Part shown: positions 18,481 to 27,678 of the stretch, piece after piece | Numbering within the stretch: the first letter of the stretch is position 1 | How the letters are laid out: each line of letters begins with the position of its first letter | DNA from: a virus | Reading direction: 5' to 3' (one strand) | DNA: 40,035 nucleotides | Virus genome (UHGV): UHGV-0090445 | Notes under the pieces: model-generated | What the model was told of the DNA's origin: nothing | The model's input: the letters and a program-made list of their open reading frames with translations, nothing else | Database searches by the model: none | Position numbers and translations under genes: made by a program

Positions 18481-19896
18481 TCAACCTACACCACAAGGAA
18501 TTGAGTAACTGGAATAGTCGGGTTGCGCAGCCGACTCCGGGCAATGCATACACATCATCAGCGCATCAGCCAGGTTAGGAGATGGAATACCGAGCTTCTG
18601 CTTCATTTCGACCTTAGTCATAAGCTCCAGCTTCCCGTTGTTATTGAATTTGCGCTGAATCTGCGTCAGTTCTGCAAACAGCTTCTCCAGCATCTTCTCG
18701 CCTATCGCTTCTTTGTCGAAGCTCAGCATGTCGTCGGGGTCTGCATACTCACCGTGGACAACCGCCCGATATGTCAGATACAGCCTGTCAGCCAGCGCGT
18801 AATAGAATTGCGCTCGCTTATTGCGGAACACATCACCAATAGTGCGAACGTTGTCACCCTGTACGACTTCATCAGCCCATGCTCCGGCCTGATACGGCGC
18901 ATCTTCATCGAATGGCGATTCACTTCCCTTGAACATCGTGGCGGTGATTTTCTTGCCGGAGAACGCTTCCGTTGTCTGTCTGCGTAGGCCCGCACCGACG
19001 CCATCACCGTCCCACAGGTAATGGTCAGCGCCGTCTTCAATCGCCAGCGAAGTAGCCCAGTCAGCACCCTCGTTGATGTCCATCAGCAGACCTTCGGCAA
19101 TACGCTTAACTACCGAACCGTGACGCGATGCGTAACCTTTAGCATCTGGACCTGTATCTGACGGGTCATGCGCAGAGACAACGGCGCCTTTCGCCTTCCA
19201 TCCGAGTTTCTTGTGCGCATCGGTTGCGGCTTCAAGCCATTCACGTTTGATGATTGCCATATCACTTGCGCTTACCGGCTCACCAAGCCAGATGTGACGA
19301 TACAGTGTCGGATTTCTGCGTTTACACTCTTCCATCTCCAGACGGAGAACTTCAGGAAAGTGCGGGTTGTCGGTGTAGTTCACCGTCAGCAGACAAATAT
19401 CATCGGGAGGATTTACGACGAATCGCTGATAGGTATCGTCGAGGATGTTCTTAGGGTTAAAGCTCACCCATATTTCGGAAAACGGCTTGCGGATGGTTGG
19501 TATCAGGATATCCCATGATTCCTTCGTTACCGCTTCCGCTTCCTCCACCCAGCAGATATCAATACCTTCTAGCGATTTAATCTTCGTCGGGTTGTTTTTG
19601 ATGCCGTAGAACATGAACTCAGCATTCGTTCCGAGATGACGAATCATGGAACGCTGAATTTCAAACTCAGCCGAATACCCTTCACGCTCGATGGTATCTT
19701 CAAGCAACCGGATTACCGAATCGCTGATACTGTTTTGCAGTTCACGAGCGCAGAGAATACGCACAGGCTGCCGACGTGCCGCCTCAACAAGCAGCCTCGC
19801 AATTGCCCATGATTTACCGCTACCTCGACCGCCTTTGGCGACTTTGTAGCGATGCGCCTCAATGAACGGTTCAAAGATAGGATTAATCGAGGTCAT
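18481..19896 (-). CDS. Terminase large subunit
   Basis: 471 aa; Walker A KGGRGSGKS near N-terminus; followed by portal. Confidence 0.9.
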   Translation of the reverse strand: MTSINPIFEPFIEAHRYKVAKGGRGSGKSWAIARLLVEAARRQPVRILCARELQNSISDSVIRLLEDTIEREGYSAEFEIQRSMIRHLGTNAEFMFYGIKNNPTKIKSLEGIDICWVEEAEAVTKESWDILIPTIRKPFSEIWVSFNPKNILDDTYQRFVVNPPDDICLLTVNYTDNPHFPEVLRLEMEECKRRNPTLYRHIWLGEPVSASDMAIIKREWLEAATDAHKKLGWKAKGAVVSAHDPSDTGPDAKGYASRHGSVVKRIAEGLLMDINEGADWATSLAIEDGADHYLWDGDGVGAGLRRQTTEAFSGKKITATMFKGSESPFDEDAPYQAGAWADEVVQGDNVRTIGDVFRNKRAQFYYALADRLYLTYRAVVHGEYADPDDMLSFDKEAIGEKMLEKLFAELTQIQRKFNNNGKLELMTKVEMKQKLGIPSPNLADALMMCMHCPESAAQPDYSSYSIPCGVG

Positions 19897-20333
19897 TTTC
19901 CGAATAGAGTGCTCATCGGTGATGTTTCAATCTGAATTGCGCCGCCGTCTTTGCCTGTTAGCTCGTGGTCAACCTTGTCGCGCCATTTATCCTTCTGTCG
20001 GTTCTTAAGCCAGAAGATGGCGGCGGTTGTATCAGGCGGGTAATACTTCTCAAGCGGAGTTTCGACAATTCTGTTTTCAATAACACGAATATCGATGTCT
20101 GGAGCCACGAAGCCCATAGCGCGTTGATAAAGACGATCACTAACTTCTGCATCAGCGACGGCCTTACCCTTTTTTATGGACTCTAAAAACTCCGGATATT
20201 CCAATTTCCAATTGTTGATTGTTGCCTCGCTAACTTCAAAGAAGTCCGCGAGTTCGGCGTCTGTATAGCCCAGCAAGCACAGTTTGCGTGCCTGTTCGGC
20301 ATACGCCTCTTGATACTTCGTTGGGCGCGCCAT
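19893..20333 (-). CDS. Terminase small subunit (Sf6 gp1-like)
   Basis: 146 aa; C-terminus ELTGKDGGAIQIETSPMSTLFGK matches the remembered Sf6 small terminase C-terminus; overlaps TerL start. Confidence 0.85.
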   Translation of the reverse strand: MARPTKYQEAYAEQARKLCLLGYTDAELADFFEVSEATINNWKLEYPEFLESIKKGKAVADAEVSDRLYQRAMGFVAPDIDIRVIENRIVETPLEKYYPPDTTAAIFWLKNRQKDKWRDKVDHELTGKDGGAIQIETSPMSTLFGK

Positions 20334-20335
20334 GT

Positions 20336-20578
20336 TTATGCTCCGGTAGTGAACAGGTCTAACGCTTCCTTCGATTTACGCACCGCTTCGATAGTGCGGG
20401 TCGTGATATCTGAATTAGCGCCGCCTGACTGGAAGTGAATTTTGAATAGCTCAAGCTTCAGCTCGTCAGTGCCAATGAATTGAAATGCTTCTTCTGCGGC
20501 TGCGTTCTGGTTCATGACCAGCTTGTAAATCTCTAACTGGAATTTCTGTTCTTCAGTCATGGGAATAATCTCTGCCAT
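20336..20578 (-). CDS. Hypothetical protein (80 aa) upstream of terminase
   Basis: ORF from track, tightly packed against terS; no family recognised. Confidence 0.5.
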   Translation of the reverse strand: MAEIIPMTEEQKFQLEIYKLVMNQNAAAEEAFQFIGTDELKLELFKIHFQSGGANSDITTRTIEAVRKSKEALDLFTTGA

Positions 20579-20681
20579 TGTTGGCTCCGTTTATCCGTTA
20601 AAAGGGATATCAGTTAAGTTATCCCGTGTAGGGTATAAGCCATTGTCAAAGCCACTCTGTAGGGAATGGCTTTTGTAATAA

Positions 20682-21056
20682 CTACTGTTCGCTTAGCTTC
20701 TGCTTCAGCAAGTAACCTTCGAGCATCCAGATTTTGTTTACAGCATTCTGCCGGGCAATCTTCCGACCAATTTCTGCATCAAAGTTTTCCGGGCTTGCAC
20801 AGGCACTCTCTCCGGTAACGGTGAAGCCATTCTTCAGTACCAATACGCAGAAAGTGAGAAGGTGCAGAGCATCAGGGGTGGCTTCGACATAAGGCTCCGG
20901 ATTATAAATAAGGTCATCTTCTTTAGCCTGGTGGTCACCCTGCGCAGCAGTGAAAAAATGCTCACTGAAAATGAGGCCTTCAATTTTCTCGGGTGTTACA
21001 CGCGGAGCGGTTTTGCCTTTCTCAACGATTTCTTTTTCGATTTGCTGGTCGTTCAT
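20682..21056 (-). CDS. Hypothetical phage protein (124 aa)
   Basis: ORF from track between lysis accessory genes and terminase; family not recognised with confidence. Confidence 0.55.
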   Translation of the reverse strand: MNDQQIEKEIVEKGKTAPRVTPEKIEGLIFSEHFFTAAQGDHQAKEDDLIYNPEPYVEATPDALHLLTFCVLVLKNGFTVTGESACASPENFDAEIGRKIARQNAVNKIWMLEGYLLKQKLSEQ

Positions 21057-21132
21057 AATTATGACCTTGTTGGTTGTTAAAGATGTTTTTGTGATGGCGA
21101 TAAAAAGGCCGCCTGAGCGACCTGTTAGTTGT

Positions 21133-21321
21133 TCACAACTTCCATTGCTGAAGGTTCAGCATGTCGAAAAATGAGCCGCATTTAGGGATATTTTCCATTC
21201 TTGCCCTCTCTTCAGCCGCTTTGTAATAAGCCATTGGCCTTTTCACACCATCAGCACCAGTGATGTATTCAACGCCTTCCTTCTGGTCTTTGTTTACGGA
21301 AACCATCGCAACATCTTCCAC
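21133..21321 (-). pseudogene. Possible frameshifted small gene (62-aa GTG ORF plus overlapping 38-aa ORF)
   Basis: A 38-aa ATG ORF (MNLQPYGKKDSLWW...) overlaps the 5' end of the 62-aa ORF in a different frame, suggesting a disrupted or frameshifted gene. Confidence 0.3.
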
Positions 21322-21496
21322 TTGTTCGTTATCGATTCAGCGGATGTCTTTCCATCAGTCCGCCACCACAAAGAATCTTTTTTGCCATAAGGCTGGAGGT
21401 TCATCTTTCAGTGGCTGCCAGTGTTATTTCCCCACTTACTGGCTTGGGTTGTTTCGCTGTACTGCCGTAATGCAAAAACTGGATTAACCTGCGAAA

Positions 21497-22027
21497 TCAC
21501 ACCATTCCGGGCAAATACATTTGCACTTCATTTGCCGCTCTCTCACGTGCAACATGAAGCAATCTTTTTCGCCCACCAACGCCCCACTTAGCCATTTGGC
21601 TTGCGCACTGGCTTATCGCTTTGGTTTCAGTATTGATGATGTGATCGATTCTATTCAGACGGGACATTGCGCCAACGCCGAGACGGACAACCGTTTTGAA
21701 AACTTCATAAACTTCGATTTCAAATTCCGGCTTAATCCATGCTGCATATCTGATTGCCAGAAGTTCAACACCCCACACACCTGGTTCTGCACCACCTTTG
21801 ATTATTTTAAGTGGTTGAATTTGTTCCAAAGTGCTTTTTTGCACTTTGGCCTCCAGTGCTTTTATGAAGCGTTTTATCTGCGCGCTACGCAAAAACTGGC
21901 TTGGGCGCTGTTGCTCTGTAGCCTCTCCATTTGCAACTGCTGCTGCATGGAGATCGTTTAAGTTGTAGCGTCCATCCTCATTAACACGAACGGACACACC
22001 ATTGACAATAACTGTTGGGTGCTTCAT
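21497..22027 (-). CDS. KilA-N domain-like protein
   Basis: 176 aa; N-terminal TVIVNGVSVRVNEDGRYNLNDLH...GVWGVELLAIRYAAWIKPEFE resembles KilA-N/APSES-type DNA-binding domains. Confidence 0.55.
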   Translation of the reverse strand: MKHPTVIVNGVSVRVNEDGRYNLNDLHAAAVANGEATEQQRPSQFLRSAQIKRFIKALEAKVQKSTLEQIQPLKIIKGGAEPGVWGVELLAIRYAAWIKPEFEIEVYEVFKTVVRLGVGAMSRLNRIDHIINTETKAISQCASQMAKWGVGGRKRLLHVARERAANEVQMYLPGMV

Positions 22028-22172
22028 CAGTGATTACCTTTTAGTGATGAACCTTGTCACACAGGATTCCTGCCCACAGAAAGGCACCGATCACCAAACC
22101 GGCATCCTCAAGGGTCATCTGAAAGGTTCTGTGTTCAGAAGTCGCGCGTGTGAAGCGCGTTTGTTGCAGATA

Positions 22173-22199
22173 TAAAAAAGCCCCGCGAATGCGAGGCTA
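22173..22199 (-). terminator. Hairpin plus U-tract downstream of Rz
   Basis: Minus strand reads CCTCGC-ATTC-GCGGGG followed by CTTTTTT. Confidence 0.4.
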
Positions 22200-22371
22200 A
22201 ATCCTGGTGTTTGTGATGACTGGCTCTTATCTCAACGCAGCCCCTTACCGCGCGCAAGATGCTCAATATCAAGCATCAGCAATGAGATGTTTAATCTGGA
22301 TTCACTCCAGAAGTGATCACCACCCTGTCTACAGAGCCAGATGTGAAGGATGATGAGTAAAATTATCGCTA

Positions 22372-22809
22372 TCATCGAAGGCATTGCGTCATGATGTACT
22401 CCTGCAGGTAGTTAACCTGCGCGGTTATCCTGTCGATTCCGCTTCGGAGACGGTAATAATTGAGTTCAGCATCTGCTGTAAGTCTTGGGCTTTCTCCATC
22501 GCCCATGCTGCTGGCTCCGGTCGTTGACTTTGCACAGGTGGCGGCGACTTGCAGCCGCTTACGCCCAGCAGAAACATCATCACGGAGACTTTCGATAGTC
22601 GCGTTAGCATCAGCAAGCTCCTTTGTGTATCTGGCGTCGAGTTCTGCTACATCACGTTGACGCTTCTGCATGTCAGCGATTGTGGATGTGGCCTTATCGC
22701 GCTGCTCTTTGTAGGCGATTGCGTTATCACGGTAATGATTAACAGCCCATGACAGGCAGACGATGATACAGATAACCAGAGCAGAGATAATCGCGGTTAC
22801 TCTGCTCAT
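22372..22809 (-). CDS. Rz: Spanin inner-membrane subunit Rz (lambda-like)
   Basis: [31 protein letters not shown]... matches remembered lambda Rz N-terminus; follows endolysin with overlap. Confidence 0.9.
   Translation of the reverse strand: MSRVTAIISALVICIIVCLSWAVNHYRDNAIAYKEQRDKATSTIADMQKRQRDVAELDARYTKELADANATIESLRDDVSAGRKRLQVAATCAKSTTGASSMGDGESPRLTADAELNYYRLRSGIDRITAQVNYLQEYIMTQCLR
22425..22616 (-). CDS. Rz1: Spanin outer-membrane lipoprotein Rz1, embedded in Rz in the +1 frame
   Basis: 63-aa ORF wholly inside Rz; lipobox LLGVSGC followed by Pro-rich segment ([12 protein letters not shown]), as in lambda Rz1. Confidence 0.8.
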   Translation of the reverse strand: MLMLTRLSKVSVMMFLLGVSGCKSPPPVQSQRPEPAAWAMEKAQDLQQMLNSIITVSEAESTG

Positions 22810-23282
22810 ACCTCAATCTCTCTGACCGCTCCGCCAGCCTCTTTGAATTTTGCAATCAGGCTGTCAGCCTTATGCTCGAACTGGCCATAACCAGCACCCG
22901 GCAGTGAAGCCCAGATATTGCTGCAACGGTCGATAGCCTGACGGATATCACCGCGATCAATCATCGGTAAAGCGCCACGCTCTTTAATCTGTTGCAGTGC
23001 CACAGCGTCCTGGCTTTTCGGAGAGAAATCTTTCAGGCCAAGCTGCTTACGATAGGCATCCCACCAACGGGAAAGAAGCTGGTAACGGCCTGCAGCTGTT
23101 GATTTGAGTTTGGGGTTTAGCGTGACAAGTTTGCGAGGGTGATCTGAGTAATCAGTGAATAGCTCTCCGCCTACAATGACGTCATAACCATGATTTCTGG
23201 TTTTCTGACGTCCGTTATCAGTTCCCTCTGACCACGCCAGCATATCGAGGAACGCCTTACGTTGATTATTGATTTCCACCAT
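22806..23282 (-). CDS. R: Endolysin, lambda R-type lytic transglycosylase
   Basis: 158 aa; [39 protein letters not shown]... near-identical to remembered lambda R. Confidence 0.95.
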   Translation of the reverse strand: MVEINNQRKAFLDMLAWSEGTDNGRQKTRNHGYDVIVGGELFTDYSDHPRKLVTLNPKLKSTAAGRYQLLSRWWDAYRKQLGLKDFSPKSQDAVALQQIKERGALPMIDRGDIRQAIDRCSNIWASLPGAGYGQFEHKADSLIAKFKEAGGAVREIEV

Positions 23283-23589
23283 CTTCTACTCCGGCTTTTT
23301 TAGCAGCGAAGCGTTTGATAAGCGAACCAATCGAGTCAGTACCGATGTAGCCGATGAACACGCTAGTTATATAAGCGAGATTGCTACTTAGTCCGGCGAA
23401 GTCGAGAAGGTCACGAATGAACCAGGCGATAATGGCGCACATCGTTGCGTCGATTACTGTTTTTGTAAACGCACCGCCATTATACCTGCCGCGAAGGTAC
23501 GCCATTGCAAACGCAAGGATTGCCCCGATGCCTTGTTCCTTTGCCGCGAGAATGGCGGCTAACAGGTCATGTTTTTCTGGCATCTTCAT
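23266..23589 (-). CDS. S: Holin, lambda S-type (dual start MKMPEK)
   Basis: 107 aa; [64 protein letters not shown] matches remembered lambda S. Confidence 0.95.
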   Translation of the reverse strand: MKMPEKHDLLAAILAAKEQGIGAILAFAMAYLRGRYNGGAFTKTVIDATMCAIIAWFIRDLLDFAGLSSNLAYITSVFIGYIGTDSIGSLIKRFAAKKAGVEDGGNQ

Positions 23590-23985
23590 GTCTTACCCCC
23601 AATAAGGGGATTTGCTCTATTTAATTAGGAATAAGGTCGATTACTGATAGAACAAATCCAGGCTACTGTGTTTAGTAATCAGATTTGTTCGTGGCCGATA
23701 TGCACGGGCAAAACGGCAGGAGGTTGTTAGCGCGACCTCCTGTCACCCGCTTTCACGAAGATCATGTGTAGAAGGCCGCAGCGTAACTATCACTGATGAA
23801 TTCAGGATAGCCAGTGGATACGGCTCAGTTTGGGTTGTGCTGTTGCTGGTCGGCGATGACGCCTGTACGCATTTGGTGATCCGGTTCTGCTTCCGGTATT
23901 CGCTTAATTCAGCACAACGGAAAGAGCACTCAATGCATTTAAGCCAAGCCCCATAAGGGAGAATGCTCTTACCTGTTGTGCAAAC

Positions 23986-24027
23986 AAAAAAAGCCACCGT
24001 TGCAACTTAAGAGTCACTAACGGCAGC
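23986..24027 (-). terminator. tR'-like intrinsic terminator in the late leader, 46 nt downstream of Q
   Basis: Minus strand GCUGCCGUU-(17-nt loop)-AACGGUGGC followed by TTTTTTTG; sequence after the T-tract resembles the remembered lambda tR'-to-S leader. Confidence 0.4.
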
Positions 24028-24072
24028 TTATGTGAATAGTGTTGCTCATTTGCTCAATGATGTCAATACGTT

Positions 24073-24561
24073 CTATGCTACATGTTTAATTTTCTCTACA
24101 CGTTTCCGGTTTTTAAACGCACTATCCAGAACCGGATAAATCATAAACAACGAGGCATTGAGGATTTCGTCAACTTCCCGGCGACAGGTTGCGAGCGATG
24201 GTTTTTGAATGCGCCCGCCGCCCCGGCATAACATCTTGCGAGGTCTTGCGACACGATGATAGTAAGATGCAATGGCGTGCTTGGAAGATCCATGAGCGTA
24301 GTAGCTGAGGAGGATGCCAAAGGCTTTCTTGTCAATGTACATGACGGAATCGACGACCTGAGAAATCAACATTCCATCATCATCATTACACATTGGCCTT
24401 GTCATAACTCTTCCCGGCTCTACGCTCTCCATGAACTTCGCTATTACGCTGCTCATGCGCTTTTCCAGACGACCTGAATAAACCCATGCGCCCCACAGTT
24501 CAAGCCAGCCATTCAGCCACTCGTGCTGTTCTTTGGTGAGGTTTAGTTCTCTTATGCTCAT
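24073..24561 (-). CDS. Late-gene antiterminator Q (non-lambda type)
   Basis: 162 aa ORF immediately upstream of the late leader and S; Cys/His-containing C-terminal half; assigned by position and general Q-family resemblance. Confidence 0.75.
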   Translation of the reverse strand: MSIRELNLTKEQHEWLNGWLELWGAWVYSGRLEKRMSSVIAKFMESVEPGRVMTRPMCNDDDGMLISQVVDSVMYIDKKAFGILLSYYAHGSSKHAIASYYHRVARPRKMLCRGGGRIQKPSLATCRREVDEILNASLFMIYPVLDSAFKNRKRVEKIKHVA

Positions 24562-24746
24562 CGTCTTCCCCTCTTGCCCTGTTTGACCATCAGGACGCCG
24601 TTAACTATTACTTGACGCTCGCCTTTGCTGTCTCGGTTGTACTTGAGCACTGTTCCTCTTGCGCAGGAAAGCATCCTCGCCACTTCGGTCTGATTGCCTC
24701 GTGTCTGGATAAGAAGCTCTGGTATCGTTTGAATTGTGGCGTTCAT
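24558..24746 (-). CDS. ninH: NinH-like protein
   Basis: TIPELLIQTRGNQTEVARMLSCARGTVLKYNRD resembles lambda NinH (GNQTEVARRLKCSRGTVRKY). Confidence 0.8.
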   Translation of the reverse strand: MNATIQTIPELLIQTRGNQTEVARMLSCARGTVLKYNRDSKGERQVIVNGVLMVKQGKRGRR

Positions 24747-25105
24747 GCGTTCTCCAGTTCGGTGATTTTTATTCCAAGCCGTCCGCCTGGTACTTTCACG
24801 CCACGAATTACGCGAATGTCATCGAATTGCTCGTCATCTTCCGCAAATCCGGCGTGGATAAGGGAGTCGAGTAAACCTTTCAGGATGTTATCGAGGTCGC
24901 GGCGGCGGGAGTCTGGAACGTCTGCGATGACTTTGATGCGGAGTCGTGATTTGGTGAAAATGTCTAACTTAAGTTGGCGGATGATTTGCTGAACGTCTTT
25001 TCGGCATTTCTGGCCTTTATCGCTTATGTAATATTGGCTTCCCCGTCTTCGCCAGTAGGTATTCAGCGACGGTGGGTACGGAAGTGTGAATCTGTATTCT
25101 GCCAT
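24743..25105 (-). CDS. rusA: RusA-type Holliday junction resolvase
   Basis: 120 aa; FTLPYPPSLNTYWRR...DSRRRDLDNILKGLLDSLIHAGF...GGRLGIKITELE matches the RusA pattern. Confidence 0.85.
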   Translation of the reverse strand: MAEYRFTLPYPPSLNTYWRRRGSQYYISDKGQKCRKDVQQIIRQLKLDIFTKSRLRIKVIADVPDSRRRDLDNILKGLLDSLIHAGFAEDDEQFDDIRVIRGVKVPGGRLGIKITELENA

Positions 25106-25630
25106 TTATCCTCTCCCATGATTATGGTGATAGCCCAATCGTGATTCCGCCAATTTTCTGGCATTAACGGCTAGAGATATGTCATCGTATAATCCAAGAA
25201 ATATCTTTTTATTATCACTGTTTATATATGCACCCCACTTTTTATTCTTCTTATAGTAGGCAACACCAATTACTCCAGAGCGATTATTAATAGGCTTTTT
25301 TCTGTTCCTTGAGTTCTGTTTATCATCTACAACGCGCAAATTGCATATTCTGTTATCGCTTTTAATTCCATTTATGTGGTCAATTTCCCCATCAGGTTCA
25401 CTTCCATAAAAGGATATCCATGCGATTCTATGAGCTCGACAAACTTTTTTATTTACAGATATACGAACGTATCCTTTTTCATCTATAGAACCAGCAATCT
25501 TACCGGCATATGTTGAATTCCAGCACTCTCTTACACTTTCTCTTCTCTTGTATATAAACAAACCTGTTTCGCTATTATATTCATACAATTCATTGATTTC
25601 TTTTTGTGTTGGATATCTTTTACCGTTCAT
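25106..25630 (-). CDS. HNH homing endonuclease (HNH plus AP2-like region), AT-rich insertion
   Basis: 174 aa; HRIAWISFYGSEPDGEIDHINGIKSDNRICNLRVV (HNH motif), followed by GVIGVAYYKKNKKWGAYI (AP2-like); AT-rich by eye; wedged between ybcO-like and rusA. Confidence 0.8.
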   Translation of the reverse strand: MNGKRYPTQKEINELYEYNSETGLFIYKRRESVRECWNSTYAGKIAGSIDEKGYVRISVNKKVCRAHRIAWISFYGSEPDGEIDHINGIKSDNRICNLRVVDDKQNSRNRKKPINNRSGVIGVAYYKKNKKWGAYINSDNKKIFLGLYDDISLAVNARKLAESRLGYHHNHGRG

Positions 25631-25917
25631 GGCTTAATCTTCCCCTCCTTCAGCAGTATCGCCTGCGTCCTGATCACGCCTTCGAGGTGGTAAAGTCTGG
25701 CGTCTTTGTTGTCGAGAATCATTGTGCGTCGGTCGATTTCATCGTGACACGCGCTACAAGCCCATGCGCCGATCAGGTCGTCAGGCTTCATTCCAGTTCC
25801 GCAAATTCCAGCCATCCGGTAATGTGCCAGAACTGTGGTTTCAGGATTACCATTGCATACTCCGTAAATACGTACCTGGCATTCTCTGCCGCGCGCTTCT
25901 TTGCGTAGGTTAGCCAT
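25627..25917 (-). CDS. YbcO-like (DUF1364) nin-region protein
   Basis: 96 aa with Cys/His cluster (CQVRIYGVC...AHYR...WACSACHDEID); resembles remembered DLP12 YbcO family; neighbours RusA. Confidence 0.65.
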   Translation of the reverse strand: MANLRKEARGRECQVRIYGVCNGNPETTVLAHYRMAGICGTGMKPDDLIGAWACSACHDEIDRRTMILDNKDARLYHLEGVIRTQAILLKEGKIKP

Positions 25918-26639
25918 TAAGCAGCCTCCCCTGTTACTTTCAGCATTCCGTTATCGAGCAGCTTTCTGGTCAGCCACTGTTGACCACGCCCGGTGATTTT
26001 TGTGGTGAACGATATCTGTATTCCGTGATTTGTGTTGACCGCTGTTTCTTTCACTGTGAAATAGCCGCGATCCATATATTCCTGCATTGGCACATTGCGC
26101 CGGGAACCTGAAGCAATAAGGATTTTGTGATCGCGCATCCACGCAAACAGTTTGTTTTGACCAATTCCAACAACCTTTGCAAAGTTTCCAATCAAAATTC
26201 CACTGGCCTCGCCAACGCGATCGGCAAACTCAACTTTAGGTGCGGCAATTGCGAGCTGGTTTTCCAGTTGCATTTTCTGCTCAGCAAGGTCAGCAGCAAG
26301 GCGCAACGCTTCTGGTAGCGTTTTGGGGATATTAACCGCAGCTTCTTCAAGCTCTCGCCAACGGTCAACAAGACGAGCGGTGAACTCTGGCGACAACTGG
26401 GCCACAACGACAATACTGTCTCGCTTTCCTTGTTCGCCTTCGAATACATACACACAAAAACTTTGATTTAAGCCTAACCCATTGATTCTTCCACAATCCT
26501 CAATTTGAGGAAGCCGGATAACACCATTTTTAGCCAGCGTTTCGATGGTACGTTTAACATTGTCATGACGCTTACCAACCAACTCAGCGATTTCAATGCT
26601 TGTCATTTTTATGGCATTGCCATTTATTAACTCATTCAT
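25917..26639 (-). CDS. Rha-family antirepressor with KilAC/ANT C-terminal domain
   Basis: 240 aa; N-terminal SIEIAELVGKRHDNVKRTIETL (Rha-like HTH region); C-terminal GILIGNFAKVVGIGQNKLFAWMRDHKIL (ANT/KilAC-like). Confidence 0.8.
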   Translation of the reverse strand: MNELINGNAIKMTSIEIAELVGKRHDNVKRTIETLAKNGVIRLPQIEDCGRINGLGLNQSFCVYVFEGEQGKRDSIVVVAQLSPEFTARLVDRWRELEEAAVNIPKTLPEALRLAADLAEQKMQLENQLAIAAPKVEFADRVGEASGILIGNFAKVVGIGQNKLFAWMRDHKILIASGSRRNVPMQEYMDRGYFTVKETAVNTNHGIQISFTTKITGRGQQWLTRKLLDNGMLKVTGEAA

Positions 26640-26802
26640 CGTCTTCTTCCTCGTACATTGAGCTATTCGGATCGCTCATCAGTTCTGCGCAGCAGTGCTC
26701 ACACATGTGAACTTCCAGCACATGCAGCTTCTGACCGCAGTTAGCGCACGTTAAAGCTCGCTCGACACTTCCTTGTTCGTAACTTCGATTTTGGTCAATC
26801 AC
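26632..26802 (-). CDS. ninF: NinF-like small zinc-ribbon protein (GTG start; absent from the ORF track)
   Basis: 56 codons starting at GTG overlapping the ninE stop and ending in overlap with the Rha start; ...[45 protein letters not shown] resembles remembered lambda NinF. Confidence 0.5.
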   Translation of the reverse strand: MIDQNRSYEQGSVERALTCANCGQKLHVLEVHMCEHCCAELMSDPNSSMYEEEDDE

Positions 26803-26981
26803 CTTGTTTTCCTCGCACGTTCTCTAAGCCACCGGATATCCCACAGGTGAGCCGTGTAGTTGAAGGTTTTTACGTCAGATTCTTTTGGGATTGGCTTGCG
26901 TTTATTTCTGGAGCGTTTCGTTGGAAGGTATTTGCAGTTTTCGCAGATGATGTCGGTGAAACTTCGTCGCTGTCGTCTCAT
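26799..26981 (-). CDS. ninE: NinE
   Basis: [60 protein letters not shown] is near-identical to remembered lambda NinE (60 aa). Confidence 0.85.
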   Translation of the reverse strand: MRRQRRSFTDIICENCKYLPTKRSRNKRKPIPKESDVKTFNYTAHLWDIRWLRERARKTR

Positions 26982-27394
26982 TCGTACCTCCTGTCGGTAA
27001 ATCTGACACCCTGACCAATAGCCCAGGCTGTTGTGTACTCGATCAGACTTGCCATGCGCTTCACGCTCATCTGCGCGCTGCTTTCGCGAATGTTGACGAA
27101 TTCTCCTTCAAGGCCGCGCAAAACATCAGCTTCCTGTTTTGTTGCCACTGCATGACCGCTAATCAACAAAACCTTCCATTGTTCTGGTTTTAACCATTTT
27201 CCGCACCATTGAACCTGACGAGCGATATCCGCCAGCATCGCGTGAAATTTTGCGTTCTGGTCAAGATTTCGCTTGTAGTCAGTAATGCGGATGGTGACTG
27301 GCTTGTCTTTATCGAGTGGTGTTGCGAGGATGGCATTTATTGCAGCTTGCTGTTGTTGCTTAGTTCGGAGGAAGATTGTTTGCTTCATTGTCAC
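26978..27394 (-). CDS. ninB: NinB (Orf-family recombination mediator)
   Basis: 138 aa; similarity to lambda NinB (LDQN.K....L.D..RQV.W.G.WL..E.WK pattern); lies after the tR2-like terminator. Confidence 0.8.
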   Translation of the reverse strand: MTMKQTIFLRTKQQQQAAINAILATPLDKDKPVTIRITDYKRNLDQNAKFHAMLADIARQVQWCGKWLKPEQWKVLLISGHAVATKQEADVLRGLEGEFVNIRESSAQMSVKRMASLIEYTTAWAIGQGVRFTDRRYE

Positions 27395-27395
27395 C

Positions 27396-27602
27396 TCAAC
27401 TCACAAAACGCCACGCCACTTTTGCTACGACAACAGGCATAACACCGATAATCACCCACAGGAAAATGCTACCGAAAAGCACACCAACCAGGTCTTTACC
27501 TTCGCCTACCAGCCGGACAAAACTGCTGGCAACCACAATGAACGTCGCCACCATCCACATAGCACCGAGAATCCTCAATGCAGAAAAAATCAACTCAACC
27601 AC
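27396..27602 (-). CDS. Small predicted 2-TM membrane protein (GTG start) between tR2 and ninB
   Basis: 68 aa, two hydrophobic segments; SD GGAGAG upstream; no lambda counterpart at this position as far as I recall. Confidence 0.4.
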   Translation of the reverse strand: MVELIFSALRILGAMWMVATFIVVASSFVRLVGEGKDLVGVLFGSIFLWVIIGVMPVVVAKVAWRFVS

Positions 27603-27616
27603 GATTTACTCTCCCC

Positions 27617-27649
27617 CAAATAAAAAGGCCTGCGATTACCAGCAGGCCT
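27617..27649 (-). terminator. tR2-like intrinsic terminator
   Basis: Minus strand AGGCCTGC-TGGTAATC-GCAGGCCT followed by TTTTTATTTGGGGGAG, matching remembered lambda tR2 sequence ahead of ninB. Confidence 0.65.
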
Positions 27650-27678
27650 GTTACAAGCTCAGTGATGTAGATGGTCAT

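Noticed and set aside
23743-23997. 84-aa minus-strand ORF in the Q-S intergenic region
   Set aside because: Falls in the lambda-like late leader, which is non-coding in lambda; Cys/Ser-rich low-complexity translation.
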